Shown: piece after piece, positions 50,501-60,208 of the stretch
Layout: the number at the start of each line of letters is the position of its first letter
Position numbering within the stretch: position 1 is the first letter of the stretch
From: Phoronis australis
Lineage: Eukaryota > Animalia > Phoronida
Assembly (NCBI GenBank): GCA_002633005.1
Contig: NMRA01000036.1
Span: 1,288,139 to 1,352,138, forward strand
Direction of reading: 5' to 3'
DNA: 64,000 nt
Program-made: the position numbers and the translations under genes
Notes under the pieces: model-generated
Databases searched by the model: none
Told to the model about the DNA's origin: nothing
The model's input: only the letters and a program-made list of their open reading frames with translations

Positions 50501-50837
50501 AGTGTGGTGACCATGCTTGTGGTGGTTGGATATTTTCCTTGAGGATGATGAAATGATTTTCATCGAAACATGGTAATATTTGTATATTCGTAAATACACG
50601 ATGCTGACAACAATTATGCTGAGTTTCTTATAACGTATATCTTATTTGAATGAAATATAAGTACAAGTGATGAAAGAGAATGAAGATCACATACATGTTA
50701 AAATAATGAGAAGCAAAGCATGTGTAAATCACGAACTATCGCGAAGCAGGTTAGGCTTATACAGCTTACCATTGTCTGTTCGCTGATCGAATGGAAACTG
50801 TTGATGTAGATCCCTAGCTTAACTTCAGTCGCATTCA
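977..50837 (-). CDS. Cys-loop ligand-gated chloride channel subunit (GlyR/GluCl-like), spliced, 5'-partial (6 exons in window)
   Basis: Manual translation of six exons: [23 protein letters not shown] | [17 protein letters not shown]...[12 protein letters not shown]...NGTVWYATK | [27 protein letters not shown] | FGYPRRTV...LPQFEL...CSQSYSTG | TFSCL...TM1-PAR-TM2-TM3...PTNE | EGQS...[28 protein letters not shown]. All junctions are GT-AG with compatible phases, with no stops or frameshifts. The 68-nt and 83-nt exons match the conserved GlyR/GABA-A exon sizes. Confidence 0.95.
2728..3107 (-). CDS. Channel gene exon: loop C end, TM1-TM3
   Basis: Acceptor ttttag, donor GAG|gtaacg. Encodes [62 protein letters not shown]...[32 protein letters not shown], including the anion-selective PAR motif. 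Confidence 0.97.
3394..4387. mobile_element. Non-autonomous DNA transposon with TTAA-type ends (Kolobok-like)
   Basis: Imperfect TIRs: (c)taa|AGAAGAATGCAACCG on the left and CGGTAGCATTCTCCC|ttaa on the right. The right ~400 bp (about 3980-4390) recurs, diverged, at about 29540-29955. Confidence 0.5.
5425..5517. repeat. (GA)n microsatellite with purine-rich flank
   Basis: Pure GA run at about 5470-5512 preceded by degenerate GA/GGA repeats. Confidence 0.95.
5762..6204 (+). repeat. 5' LTR of BEL/Pao element (443 bp)
   Basis: TGATAATGCCG...CGGCTACA; direct repeat of 10494-10961. Confidence 0.93.
6400..10456 (+). pseudogene. BEL/Pao gag-pol remnant (gag Cys/His knuckles, aspartic protease, RT N-terminus, integrase)
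   Basis: Motifs [13 protein letters not shown] and [13 protein letters not shown] (gag), FYDQGS (protease), [25 protein letters not shown]...GDVEAMF (RT start), HHAGRNH...CVTC (integrase zinc finger), SDNGTNF and [10 protein letters not shown] (integrase core), [15 protein letters not shown] (integrase C-terminus). Many stops and frameshifts. Confidence 0.92.
10494..10961 (+). repeat. 3' LTR of BEL/Pao element (468 bp)
   Basis: TGTTGATGCCG...CGGCTACA, preceded by the polypurine tract and followed by the TSD. Confidence 0.93.
12050..12184 (-). CDS. Channel gene exon: loops B, F and C
   Basis: Acceptor ttctag, donor CAG|gtattg; 135 nt; encodes (F)[44 protein letters not shown](G); phase 1 at both ends. 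Confidence 0.93.
15621..15758. mobile_element. Small MITE remnant (CATGGGCGGCG...CGCCACCCATG) with duplicated left end
   Basis: CATGGGCGGCG at 15621 and again at 15690; inverted end TGCGCCACCCATG at about 15746-15758. Confidence 0.5.
16219..16564. mobile_element. hAT-like MITE copy interrupted by an assembly gap
   Basis: Starts CATGCGCGCACTCAG; the ~210-bp body matches 24251-24445; N-run at 16433-16517. Confidence 0.6.
16433..16517. other. Assembly gap (85 N)
   Basis: Run of N between poly-G and poly-C tracts. Confidence 0.99.
18645..19710. repeat. Locally duplicated repeat block; last copy interrupted at TTAA by another element starting GAGGCAGTCC
   Basis: 18645-18790 is similar to 19548-19710; the segment cttaatgacct...ggaaa at about 18783 recurs at about 19277. 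Confidence 0.65.
20636..22112 (-). mobile_element. 5'-truncated non-LTR retrotransposon (CR1/L2-type LINE), decayed RT and C-terminus
   Basis: Motifs [64 protein letters not shown] and C-terminal CKCG...HIFFKCP, spread over frameshifted ORFs. Confidence 0.9.
22328..23660. mobile_element. PIF/Harbinger-like element remnant (~1.3 kb)
   Basis: Ends ctg|GCCCCGGTCT and AGACCGGGTC|ccg resemble the GGCCCGGT TIR and CWG TSD family at 40372-40753; weak FLATG...RRVITRV...RFP transposase-like traces at about 22438-22560. Confidence 0.4.
24251..24495. mobile_element. hAT-like MITE, same family as the copy at 16219
   Basis: Body matches 16222-16432; the right end CTGGGTGCGCGCATG is the inverted complement of the left end of the 16219 copy. 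Confidence 0.7.
27372..27537. mobile_element. ~165-bp palindromic MITE with tandem 12-bp subterminal repeats (CGCTAGGACCTA)
   Basis: Ends GCGTGCGTTCAGTAGACGCTAGGACC and GGTCCTAGCGTTACTGAACGGGAGGC; an inverted second copy lies at 57969-58113. Confidence 0.8.
28010..28845 (-). pseudogene. Polinton/Maverick-type protein-primed DNA polymerase B, C-terminal fragment
   Basis: Motifs [11 protein letters not shown] (motif B), [34 protein letters not shown] (catalytic DTDS with a stop), [21 protein letters not shown] and YTYLQ...[14 protein letters not shown]. Confidence 0.88.
29540..29955. repeat. Second copy of the right part of the 3394-4387 element
   Basis: Shared blocks ttggcctaccgaact.tgtaggctac, ttacatcgaattttga, gacaccagtaagc, ctcgatctaaattgata and the terminal ttctcc(c/t)tta. 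Confidence 0.8.
31578..31660 (-). CDS. Channel gene exon: Cys-loop
   Basis: Acceptor tttccag, donor gtaagt; 83 nt; encodes [27 protein letters not shown] with C-x13-C and YPFD. Confidence 0.95.
31687..38506 (+). mobile_element. Academ (AcademX-type) DNA transposon with both TIRs, decayed coding region and nested insertions
   Basis: About 170-bp imperfect TIRs starting TAGTCCAG (31687) and ending CTGGACTA (38506), sharing aataattgcaacag, ctaccg and atggcgga blocks; 3-bp TSD TTC at 31684-31686 and 38507-38509; transposase, XPG-like and Cys-rich remnants inside. Confidence 0.85.
33217..35608 (+). pseudogene. Academ transposase with XPG-like nuclease and Cys-rich zinc finger remnant
   Basis: Motifs [11 protein letters not shown]...[14 protein letters not shown]...MLPYFAAAG...[10 protein letters not shown]...[61 protein letters not shown] and [13 protein letters not shown]...CLVAC. 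Confidence 0.85.
40372..40753. mobile_element. PIF/Harbinger-type MITE (382 bp)
   Basis: TIR GGCCCGGT...ACCGGGCC, flanked by the 3-bp TSD CTG (40369-40371 and 40754-40756), a CWG target typical of animal Harbingers; ACTCGAA/TTCGAGT subterminal repeats. Confidence 0.85.
41780..41886. repeat. Degenerate (TAA)/(TAG) trinucleotide microsatellite
   Basis: ataattataataat...agtaatagtactgatagtagtaatagcagtaat. Confidence 0.8.
41895..43390. repeat. ~150-bp tandem array (about 9 diverged units), probably the core of a repeat-carrying non-autonomous transposon
   Basis: Anchor motif aaattgccactagg recurs at about 42121, 42271, 42381, 42518, 42666, 42823, 42958, 43113 and 43257, with ccaaattt(c/t)at motifs between. 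Confidence 0.85.
43558..44086. repeat. Fold-back: ~140-150-bp inverted arms around TGTTACATTTT repeats
   Basis: 43558-43697 is the reverse complement, with some mismatches, of 43934-44086; the same core repeats occur at about 39335-39492. Confidence 0.8.
47255..47484 (-). CDS. Channel gene exon: loops D, A and E
   Basis: Acceptor ctcctcag, donor gtgagt; 230 nt; encodes [76 protein letters not shown](K). Confidence 0.95.
47524..47606. repeat. Degenerate (TACA)n microsatellite just upstream of an exon acceptor
   Basis: tacatacatacatacat...catacataaatacatgc. Confidence 0.8.
49500..49880. repeat. Dispersed repeat (copy 1), also at about 52720-53117
   Basis: Shared blocks ggaaatggcgcgt, aaaaggcgg, gtgagtgtc, acgacgaggtgac and tgtgtgaa.tttcgg.gtc.aac.gagctc.acacacag. 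Confidence 0.75.
49973..50179. mobile_element. hAT-like MITE (C.GGGGCGGATCCAG...ATCCGCCACTG) containing a 33-bp hairpin insert
   Basis: Inverted ends GGCGGAT/ATCCGCC with C.G...CTG termini; GGGGGCA/TGCCCCC subterminal motifs. Confidence 0.65.
50026..50058. mobile_element. 33-bp head-to-head TIR remnant with 7-bp TSD (P-element-like excision footprint)
   Basis: GTATTAG|CAGGAAGAGATAACC-GAT-GGTTATCTCTTCCTG|GTATTAG. Confidence 0.7.
50770..50837 (-). CDS. Channel gene exon: beta1/loop G (68-nt exon-3 equivalent)
   Basis: Acceptor ttttgcag, donor ATG|gtaagc; encodes [22 protein letters not shown], which aligns with GlyR [20 protein letters not shown]. Confidence 0.93.
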
Positions 50838-52719
50838 CTGCAAAATCAAAGATATAATTTAAGTGCTCTTATTTTAGTGCACCATCTAAATTTGGGGTTT
50901 ACCTGGTTTCCGTTGAAACACAAGCGACAAAAATAATACTAATCACACATGTAGGATAATGAAATGTAATTGTTGATCCATCCAGAAAAGTTGTATTCGA
51001 ATTAAATCTGGTCTGCTGGGCTACTTACAAAATTAAATTTCTACTATCACGGAGGTATCACGCCCCTTTCAAAGGTAAGATGGTACTTCGGGATATCCGA
51101 GTTGAAATATAACAAGCTACACACCTCCTCTGCATATGATTCCACAGTACAGGGTAATCGCAAAAAGTTTGAGCAGGTCTGAGATGTTCGCGAGCAGGGA
51201 AGCCTGGGCATCTTGCCTATTTCTTAGATGACTGTGGCACCGGATATACTGATGACAAATGTAATACGATAACCATTTGAATGATTTATGAAATCCACAG
51301 AGATTTTACGGTATCCTTGGTGAATGAGGTCAGCTAAGCAAAACTTCTTTCCAGACAGGTTCAGACAGTTGGTCAAAAGTCGGTCATTATCGTTTCCCAT
51401 TTCCAAAAAACAAGGCCCATGTTTGGCCTGTGGCTGTCAGCCATACGTCAAGATGGTCAAAAACAGTCAACGGCTCAAATGGAAAACAACTGCAAAATAA
51501 CAGTTTATATATAATTCGCGCGGTGATAAGACTCAGAAAACATATTGCACGAGTGAACGTTTTATCGTAAAGTCCATTATTTAATTCCGTAAGTCATAAA
51601 TGAATGGCGAATAAATAAAATCATTCTTATACCAGAAGCAACAGCAAGGTATTAAAGAAATTCATTACTCCCCCTATGAACGCAATGGCTTACATGAAAG
51701 ATTTTAAGTTTATTTCGGATGATCATTGAACCACTTGCAAATGCACGATCACTGGATTGAAATAATGAAGTTTAACAGAACTAGACATTTTACAGTAAGT
51801 CCTGTTCATGCATAAACAGAAAGACGTATACCTATAAGCTTGTAAAAAGTTACAGCTTACTACATCACAAATGGTACCTTTTTATCATCTATGATAATAT
51901 AAATGCGCGATTTTGTTAGTCACACAGATTAAACATCACAAGGGGCATGACCCAAAATGTCAGTACATAAATGTGTGACAATATTTCATTTGTGACAACA
52001 CTAATGGATGGATACCTCGCGAGTTTTTAGGATTGAATTTTAGCCGTTGATGATCAGAACCCAAACTGTTTTCAGAAGCGCTTCACTTAGTCATAGGATC
52101 CGTTTTCAAAACACCGTGAAAAAAATCATTGAAACATACTATCTGGTAATTAATTAGAGCTTTTGGTAAGTGAGAAGTCGACCTACTGCCTGTACATATT
52201 TTTTCTCATTTTTTCATTTTCTTAAAAGGGCACTGTAGTAAAAATAATGCAGCAGTTAACCGGTTCTAACATGCAAATAGATCTCAAATTTGCCCGAGTT
52301 GCACACTACACAAAGCTCATTCATACATGTATTTATTTTCAAAACACTGAAATCCTGACAGCGATCGCTGATCTGTCAGTGACGTGGCTCGTAGGACCTC
52401 CACCAATGACCTATAATTATCTTATTGGCCTCGACTGCTTATCATATTATGTTGCTGTGACATATTGTGAAAAGTTTATATCGTATTTTATCATTGTATC
52501 AGCCGTTCTTATATTTAGTGTATGTAAAAGTGTGTAAAAGGTTGTATGGCTCCTGGTTGTTCGAACTCTTTCGAAAAAGTGTCTTATAAGGGAACGGTGA
52601 TCGCACACCATCGGTTGCCCTATTCTTGGCCTAAAGCTGTATACTAAACATACAGGTTTGCGCCAATGTGGATAAACATGGACATATAAAATCTGACTCA
52701 AACTGGAACAGGTTTTACT

Positions 52720-53117
52720 TCGTTACAAGTTTTTAGCATTTTAATACCAGCCAAAGTTTAGAATAAACCTGGCTGCTACTTCCGAAAGACGTCGCAAAAA
52801 TTTAGGAAATGGCGCGTGCGCCGTGTAACGAGCGTGCTGTTTTTGAAACGGACGACACACTTTTCTTTGTTAAAAAAGGCGGCGAATTATGCTAGAAAAT
52901 GGCGTTTATTTGATTGTTTTTCACTTAAACGACTGCAACGAACAAGGTGAGTGTCTGTTGACTAACAGATTTTGCATGCATTCCCGCCGATCCGTTAGCG
53001 CTACATGTTGATGTACGTTTTACGACGAGGTGACAAATATAAGTTAACTATAGGGCCTACCCAGTTAGTCAAGGGGCTGTGTGAAGTTTCGGGGTCCAAC
53101 AGAGCTCAACACACAGT
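52720..53117. repeat. Dispersed repeat (copy 2 of 49500-49880)
   Basis: Same shared blocks as listed for copy 1. Confidence 0.75.
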
Positions 53118-54599
53118 GGTACGATAGTCGGTAACTATAAACAACCCTTCAAGTTTACAGAGCTGCGTATTGGTTGGCTGCTGGCTGGCTGGCTAGAGTC
53201 AACACTGCCCGCAGTCACACCAATGATGCCGACTGCTTGCACCATCAAATTTTTGTCTGACATGAGGACGACTGGGTATCACTTTGTGTAGCCTTGGTAC
53301 AATGCAGGACCCTGGGAGTGGTCATATCATTATTACAGGACAATATACTATGAAAGGGGTCTCCTCAAAGGCAGGCAGATCAGTAGGAGCATTAATACAT
53401 GTTGAGCAGGCTACATCTCAGTTGACTGGATATCTTGGCTTTGTATTACAGGTGGCATGGTCTCGATAGCGGATTTGCAGGGTAAATTAAAGGCTGTGGA
53501 CAGGGTAAAGTTGATGAAAGTGCTTGCTTTTATCCTCTGTACCCCTTCTTGGAATATTGAATATGTGATAAGGTCCTTCTAGACTCACTTTATCAATAAC
53601 ACAAACCAGTTTAGAGGGCAGAGAGCATAACGAGTGCTTCGATAGACATCTATGCTCCTCGAATTTCGGCTGTTATCAGACTTTTGGTGTCAGTATTGGC
53701 AAGTTGACGCAGGAACTAAACTTTATTGGTCTGAAAACTGTGACTTTAAACTTGAAGTACACTCACACTTTTGCATACATGTGTATCCTATGGAATATAT
53801 TGACCATTGTTATCTATGTACTGCACAGACTAGCATTTTGTATGATTGTCATGTTTTAAAGGATCATCGCAGTGTACATCAACGCTGCACCAGCAACAAA
53901 CAACTGGACTCTGGCAGCAGTGACAATATGATTATATGATTGTTGTAACGGAGAATAGAAACGGCTCCATTTTCGTTCGTTGCACATCTGTGACATGGTG
54001 TAGGGGAATACAAATGAAACGATGTGTAACCAAGTGAGTACAGCAACGCAGATGAGGAATATTTTGAAAGATACAGGGACAGAGAGGTAGACTTTTCAGA
54101 TGATCCCGACCTTTCGGAGGTGAAGGAGGAGGTAACAGATCTCACAGGATCTTGTTGTTGGGCCTAGCTAGGTGGCCACTGCATTCTCTCTTCTGATGAT
54201 GGTGTTTGAATAAATGACACCGAAACCGCTGTTGTTTTCTTTATCATATGCTGCCATTTGCTATCATGGATATCAGTTTCAGTGATAAAAAGTGGGATTT
54301 TTTGCATTTTAGCAAATCACTCAAAAAGTGTTTGGTCTCTGATTATTTGTAGACAGTGGTTTGAGCTCGTGAGACTCAGGTTCGAATCTAGCCTTGGTAC
54401 AAAGCTGTATGCTAAATATGTATTTTGACGATAGCCTTCATACGTCTAGCTGTCTGGCTAGTTCAAATCCTGCTTTCCTCTGGCAGACAATTGAGCATTG
54501 CACAAAATTGTCTCATACGTCTCCAGCTGTCATGGCAAGGGATTTCAGGTTATTTTGTCAGGATACGTTTGGCTTGTACTGTACATTATTGTAAACCTG

Positions 54600-56050
54600 G
54601 AAATGACAGTTAAAGGGACACTCTTGGCGTGAGAAGTAATTTCACAGAAGATATCATGGAATCAAACTCACTAGCAACATTACGTCATTGTAATAGACAC
54701 ACCATAAGGTGCACAACAAGAATACAGTAACAGTGATAATTACGATCTACACGGATACTGCTCAAGATATTCAACAGCAGTTCTTTGATTGTGTCCGGCG
54801 GTTCTCGTTTGTTGAGAACACCTCGCTGGATCGCTTTTTGACCAGTTTTCATGCCTTTGTTGAACGCATCAGTCAAAAACATCTTTACGCTTTCAGTCAT
54901 TACTTCAGACCTTTATGCTGACTTCAGAGCCCACGCATTGTGCTGCATGACTCTCCTGCTGCTTAGATACTAGCTGCATGCATTTTTACACCTGCAAATG
55001 TAAAACTCAATAAGATAATATAATGTTATCTAGTCCATTAGCAGGCTACCAGAACAACAATTGTCAAACACTCTTGATCACCACTCACACACTTAATTGT
55101 AAGCTGATCCTTGTTCACACAAATCAAGCACAGCTTTTGCAACCAATAATCAGTTCAAAAACTCACGTGACTAAGAATCATGTGCATGACTCACAGAAGA
55201 GTGTGTGATGAGTGTTTAAAGGTAACAAAACTGGATGCAACACCAGGAGCCATGCTTTTTGGATGGGTAGCCATGTTTTGTGAATTCACAAACTGAGCTT
55301 ACAAAATCCAAATGCTGTGGTCATAAGTGAGAGAGCTGTGCTGTTTGAGTGGTCTGATTGATACATTAATCCATGTAAAAAAATCCAGCCTAAATTTGTG
55401 CGAATGTCCAAGCCATGGCTGCATGGGCTGTTGAGTAGCTTGTTCCACAACAGCTTCACTTTTTTGAGTTGTAATTAGAACATCACACAGAGCATTTCCA
55501 TGTTGACTATTAAGTCAACTTGGAACAGTCAGTGACTAAAATGCACAACAAAAGTTATACGTCAAACTTATGGATTTGTGATGCCAAATTGAGTTCAACG
55601 AGCATGCTGTTAGATCATGAACTTCACCTTCTATACCAGTGACTTTGCCAGCCTACTGTCTCCCCACATCAGCGATTATCTTCAAGAGCTGTTAGCTGTT
55701 TATCATGCCATCCCATGCTAACTTGCTGCTTGATTTCGTTTCGCGAGGCAAGTGTTGTTACAGCCATCTTTTGGACACAGGAATATCTTCGTCTTTCGAT
55801 TGCTGAAACTAGTGAAAGGTCTCAATGAGGATGCAACATGACATTCCTCAACCAATAGTTCCACAGGTTTGCAATCAGAAGCAGAATTCTCCAAAACCAC
55901 CCCATCTCCGATTCCATATGCTTTCCAAGCAACCACTTTTCTTGTTGAAATAGGTAACTTACTTGTAAGCATTAGAACACAAATCCATTTTAAAAATGAA
56001 AGAATATTCCATTCCATCAAATATTTAACTTTTGTTTCAGACCACATACA
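54600..56050 (-). pseudogene. Highly decayed DNA-transposon protein C-terminal region (superfamily uncertain)
   Basis: Ordered fragments AWKAYGIGDG, IFLCPKDGC, AWALKSA*...MTESVKMFLTDAFNKGMKTGQKA and NYFSR, a motif order I recall from marine-invertebrate transposase-associated proteins; not verified. Confidence 0.45.
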
Positions 56051-57968
56051 CAGCTGAAACTAGCTCTCAGATGGTATGACTAATCACAGTGAGATTTCTG
56101 AGAAAAATAGTATATGTAATTGTATGAAGCCCATACTATGAATTATTACGAAGCTCACCTTCAAATAAGAAGTTATTAAGTTGACGTAGTCCTGGTATTG
56201 AGTGGTGAACATCCTTTGTATTCCTGAGGCTGCAAACGTATACATTGGCTTACAACCTGGATACTGCTACATACGGTGCTTTGGACAGATGATCTTTTGT
56301 TCTGACAGGCTGGCCAGTTCCTTTGTCTCTCACACTCCCATTCGTGCCAGATTGCCAATCAACTCCCATTCTTTAAAGCGATCTAGTGCGTTGCCACTTT
56401 TCAGGTATTTGACATTATCTTTGTTGTAAGTAACACAGCGGCTCGCTGGCTTTGCCATTTACCTTCAGAGCGTGACCTGTTTTCGTGAACCTCATTCCGT
56501 TTCTTAGCTAAATATGAATAACGCAATATTTCGCTAAAAGAACGCTGGAAGCAATTCTGGTTCTCTTGAATAAAATTCAATATGATTTTTTATTACGGTT
56601 TACCTCCAATTTGGATCATATTGTTCATAGTTTCTGCTTTGTTGCCCTCTATTGGTGGCAGTATGAAACAGGTGAAAGTGGTGAAAGTGCCTTCGTTAAA
56701 GTGTAAATTCGAGAATTAAAAAAGGTGCTGTCCACGGAAATAACGATATCTTGTCAAAGACGAGAGCTGTAGCTATCACAGAACCCATGTGTGGGTGGTG
56801 TGCGTTTTTGCGCGCTTGAATTACATAGGCCTCTATATAGGTCTGAAGTGGTAGCTGTTTTGGCCCGTGGAGGCAAGGCATTCAAAAGTTCCTTAAAAAT
56901 ATCAAAATAAGTCATTCTGAATTATTTTTGGTATTTTCAATTACAAAAACGATAGTTGTGCATAACTCAATCGAATTTTTATTTTTGAAACGCGCCCAAA
57001 TTGGTTTAATTCCCATGGAAACATAGGGCTTTTTCAACAGTCGCGCACAAGGGGTTAGGCCATTTTTTCACTCGATTTAGTTATTCGTTATATATTTACA
57101 AAGTGGCGAAAGACAAAACTAATTTTTATATTTTTGTAGCTAATTCACCCCAAGTGATACATATACTATAACAAATTCAAAATTCGTGACATGTCACGTT
57201 CCCATAATATTGCAAATTGCCTGACATTCTCATGCAGTGACTCTCAAAGCTCATCTTAGCAAATGAATAAATTATCTGAAACTATACTCATAACTGTTTC
57301 TTATTGTTCTTATTCTAGATTATTATGTATTAATGTTTCCAGGACTAACCCTTTACTTGGCAACAGAAGTTGAAACATCATCAAGGCCCTGACTATAAGC
57401 CTCTGACTTGAATATTCATTAACGACTGTCAATGGATTATTGGCAGGTTCATAATAACGTCCGGTTTAGACAAACTAAACAAAACACAACAATATAACAC
57501 ATTCATAATTTGACAGTTTCGTTTATTGTTTGTCTGAAATTTAATTGAGAATACTAAAATAGCCCAGACAATTGATTGCCGACAGTAAATTCTATTGGAT
57601 ATTCAACTGTGATGGCCTTCGACAAAGGTAGTGACAACAACAAAAACAGGCGCCTTCCCCAACATATTTTCGCAATACAAGAGTTATGTCACAAATTGTA
57701 CGCTTTATCTACTTTGCATAGAGTCAAAACAATCGATGCTATTTACTTAGGCTCAGTACTATATGTGCCTAATGCATACATTCGTTTTGCTGCTACTTAG
57801 TACTCAGATTAATGTGACATCTTTAACACAATTGATGTCATTTCCTAGTTTCATTCTGAGGAGTTAAATGTAATGCAGCAGATTTATTAAAGCTCCTACA
57901 AACTCATATTATTCTATCAATATCAATAAATAACTAACTTTTGATTTACACCAATTTCCACAACAAAC

Positions 57969-58113
57969 CTGCCTCCCGTTCAGTAACGCTAGGACCTCGC
58001 TAAAAAGCAAGACTTCGCGAGATTACATGAGATGTTGCCGTGTATTTTAAATGAGAACACGTGTCTTTGACTAGGTTTTAGCTAGGTCCTAGCGTAGGTC
58101 CTAGCGTCTACTG
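57969..58113. mobile_element. Inverted, one-end-truncated copy of the 27372-27537 MITE
   Basis: CTGCCTCCCGTTCAGTAACGCTAGGACC...GGTCCTAGCGTAGGTCCTAGCGTCTACTG. Confidence 0.85.
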
Positions 58114-59081
58114 CTTCCATTAAGTTTCTTTACCCAGGTGAGGATTGGGTTTCTTGGCTTGGATAAAATTGACCAAAAATGACATTCTGTTTCAAGCCAA
58201 CCTGATAAGCTGAGGCTCAAGCTTTAACAAACTGTCAGAATGGGATGAGACAATGAAAAGTCACAATCAAGAGTTGGTTTATTTGATGGAAGGCAGGTTT
58301 ATAGCAGCTTTAAAAGCAATGACGTAATCACATTAATCAACAGAATGGATTTTTAGTGACAGTTCAACCTGCACAACATCAAACGCACTGCACTGCAGTA
58401 ATTTCCAACATAACATGCATGTAAATGCAAACAAGAGTTGCAGCAAAATATGTAATAAAACGAAATATGCTTGAAGTTACAGACACGTTTACCTTAATTA
58501 GTCAATTCCCACCACTACGTGTATCAACAAAAGCAGATGATACTGGTTAATAATCTGATCCTGAACCAAGTTACATTAACACTTCCATTACTAAGCAGGT
58601 ACTGTATCACTAGTTTTGGAGTCGCATGTAGACAAACAGTGACCTGGTATTGTTGGCTTACTTATATAAAAATAAAATATTAAATTTAAATTGTTAAATG
58701 CATTTATCATCATTATTTTGACATTTGTTTCTTTATTTTGATATCGACCCTTAGGGTACTTTATTTTTATTACTCATCTCTATTTATAGACTCAAGGGAC
58801 TACTTTTGTATTCATACATATCTATATGCGACATCTGATTGGTCGCCCATATTCCCTTTGTTCAGTTGAACGTGGTCTAGCTCATTCAGCCACCTACCTC
58901 GTCTTCTACAAGACCTACGTTCGTTCTTTGCATTTGTTTTTTCGTTTCCTTTTGACCCTTGACCCTTACTCCGTTAGGGTGCGACGCTCTGCCACTTCTC
59001 GTTCCTCTGCTTCACTTCGTCCTTTTTCGAGGTAAGTCTCGTTTTTGATTTTAACCCTCAGTTCCATTCACTTTATATCTC

Positions 59082-59530
59082 ATGGCTTCCGAACTTCCCT
59101 GGTCATAATGTCGTCCTTCGGCATCTCGGGCGAGACCCTTCTACCCGGCCCGAAGTCCATCCAACCGCCCAACCGTTCCCTCCCACTTTGTCCTCCGGAC
59201 CTCTTTTTTCTCCAAATCGGCGGGAATGACCTTCACTCTACCTCCATCCACCCCCATGCCTTAGTCTCACACCTCGTTTCTTTCGCCCGTTTTTTGCTAA
59301 TTGCCTACGACGTCCGTCGTGTCCCAGTCGGACTGGCGTTTCACCGATTACACGTTGGGATGCGCTTTCGTTCTCGCCTTCAACGCGTCCCTTAAAACCC
59401 TTTTGTCCCATGAACCCCACATTCATTTTTGGACTCAAAAGGGAGGTTTCTGGGCTCACCCCGCTCGGACGGAGTCTACTTTAACCACTCAGGCCTTCTT
59501 AAACACGCTTCAGCATTCGCGAGGCCATCC
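59082..59530 (+). pseudogene. SGNH/GDSL hydrolase-like ORF of the retroelement
   Basis: Block II-like FGISGETL, block III PDLFFLQIGGNDL, block V-like SDGVYFNHSG; frameshifted. Confidence 0.7.
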
Positions 59531-60208
59531 GACACCACCTTCGCGAACTGGGCCTTCTCACCCTCTAGTCCCTCCCTCACACCCCTCCCTTTCCTTCCAG
59601 TATTTCCTTGTACTTTTCCTTGTATCGTTTTATTTCCTGGACTGTACGTTACACCTCGTACTAAATATTCATATTTCGGCGGTTTGCCTACAGGGGGCCT
59701 TATAATGCCCTGTTAAAAGCCCTCCTTTCGGCGGTATTTTCTCAATGAGGTTCTTTGCCTCCTCATAGGATTACTGATATTCCCATGTTCACCTCCTCTA
59801 CAATTCCTTCACTTTCGGCGGTTTGCCCTCAGGGATCTTAATCCCTGCCAACAATACATTATTTCGGTGGTTACGTGGATTTTTTCTGCCTTTTTTGGCT
59901 TACGTAGCCCCCTAGTTAACCCTCTATCCCTCCAAGAGATTGTACCTCTTGTTTCTTATATTTTTATAATACCTCGCTCACTCAATGCTATTTCGGCGGT
60001 TTGCCTGCAGGGGGCCTTACAATACTCTGTTCTAACCACTACCTTCGGTGGTGTTTCCATGACGAGGTTCTGTCTTTCCTCTCGGGATATTCTATACCCT
60101 TTAATTCCCAATTTTTCACTCCTGTCCTCTTGGTGGTCGTCTCCGCCCCGGTGTCGCCACCCTGTTTTTTCCCCGGTGGTCTACTAAGTATGTTTTTTCT
60201 TTTCCAGC

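Noticed and set aside
51124-51215. Minus-strand LLKLFAITLYCGIICRG followed by gtgtgt as a possible signal-peptide exon
   Set aside because: No nearby in-frame ATG, a weak donor, and no N-terminal-helix exon between it and the 68-nt exon.
52417-52446. Minus-strand YDKQSRP resembling the Cys-loop N-terminal YDxxxRP motif (candidate exon 2)
   Set aside because: Flanked by in-frame TAA stops on both sides with no usable splice sites, and lies in repeat-like DNA.
47485-58800. A duplicated, mutually exclusive 68-nt exon, as in GlyR alpha2, Rdl and insect GluCl
   Set aside because: I looked by eye on the minus strand and found no second copy; a tblastn search would be needed to exclude it.
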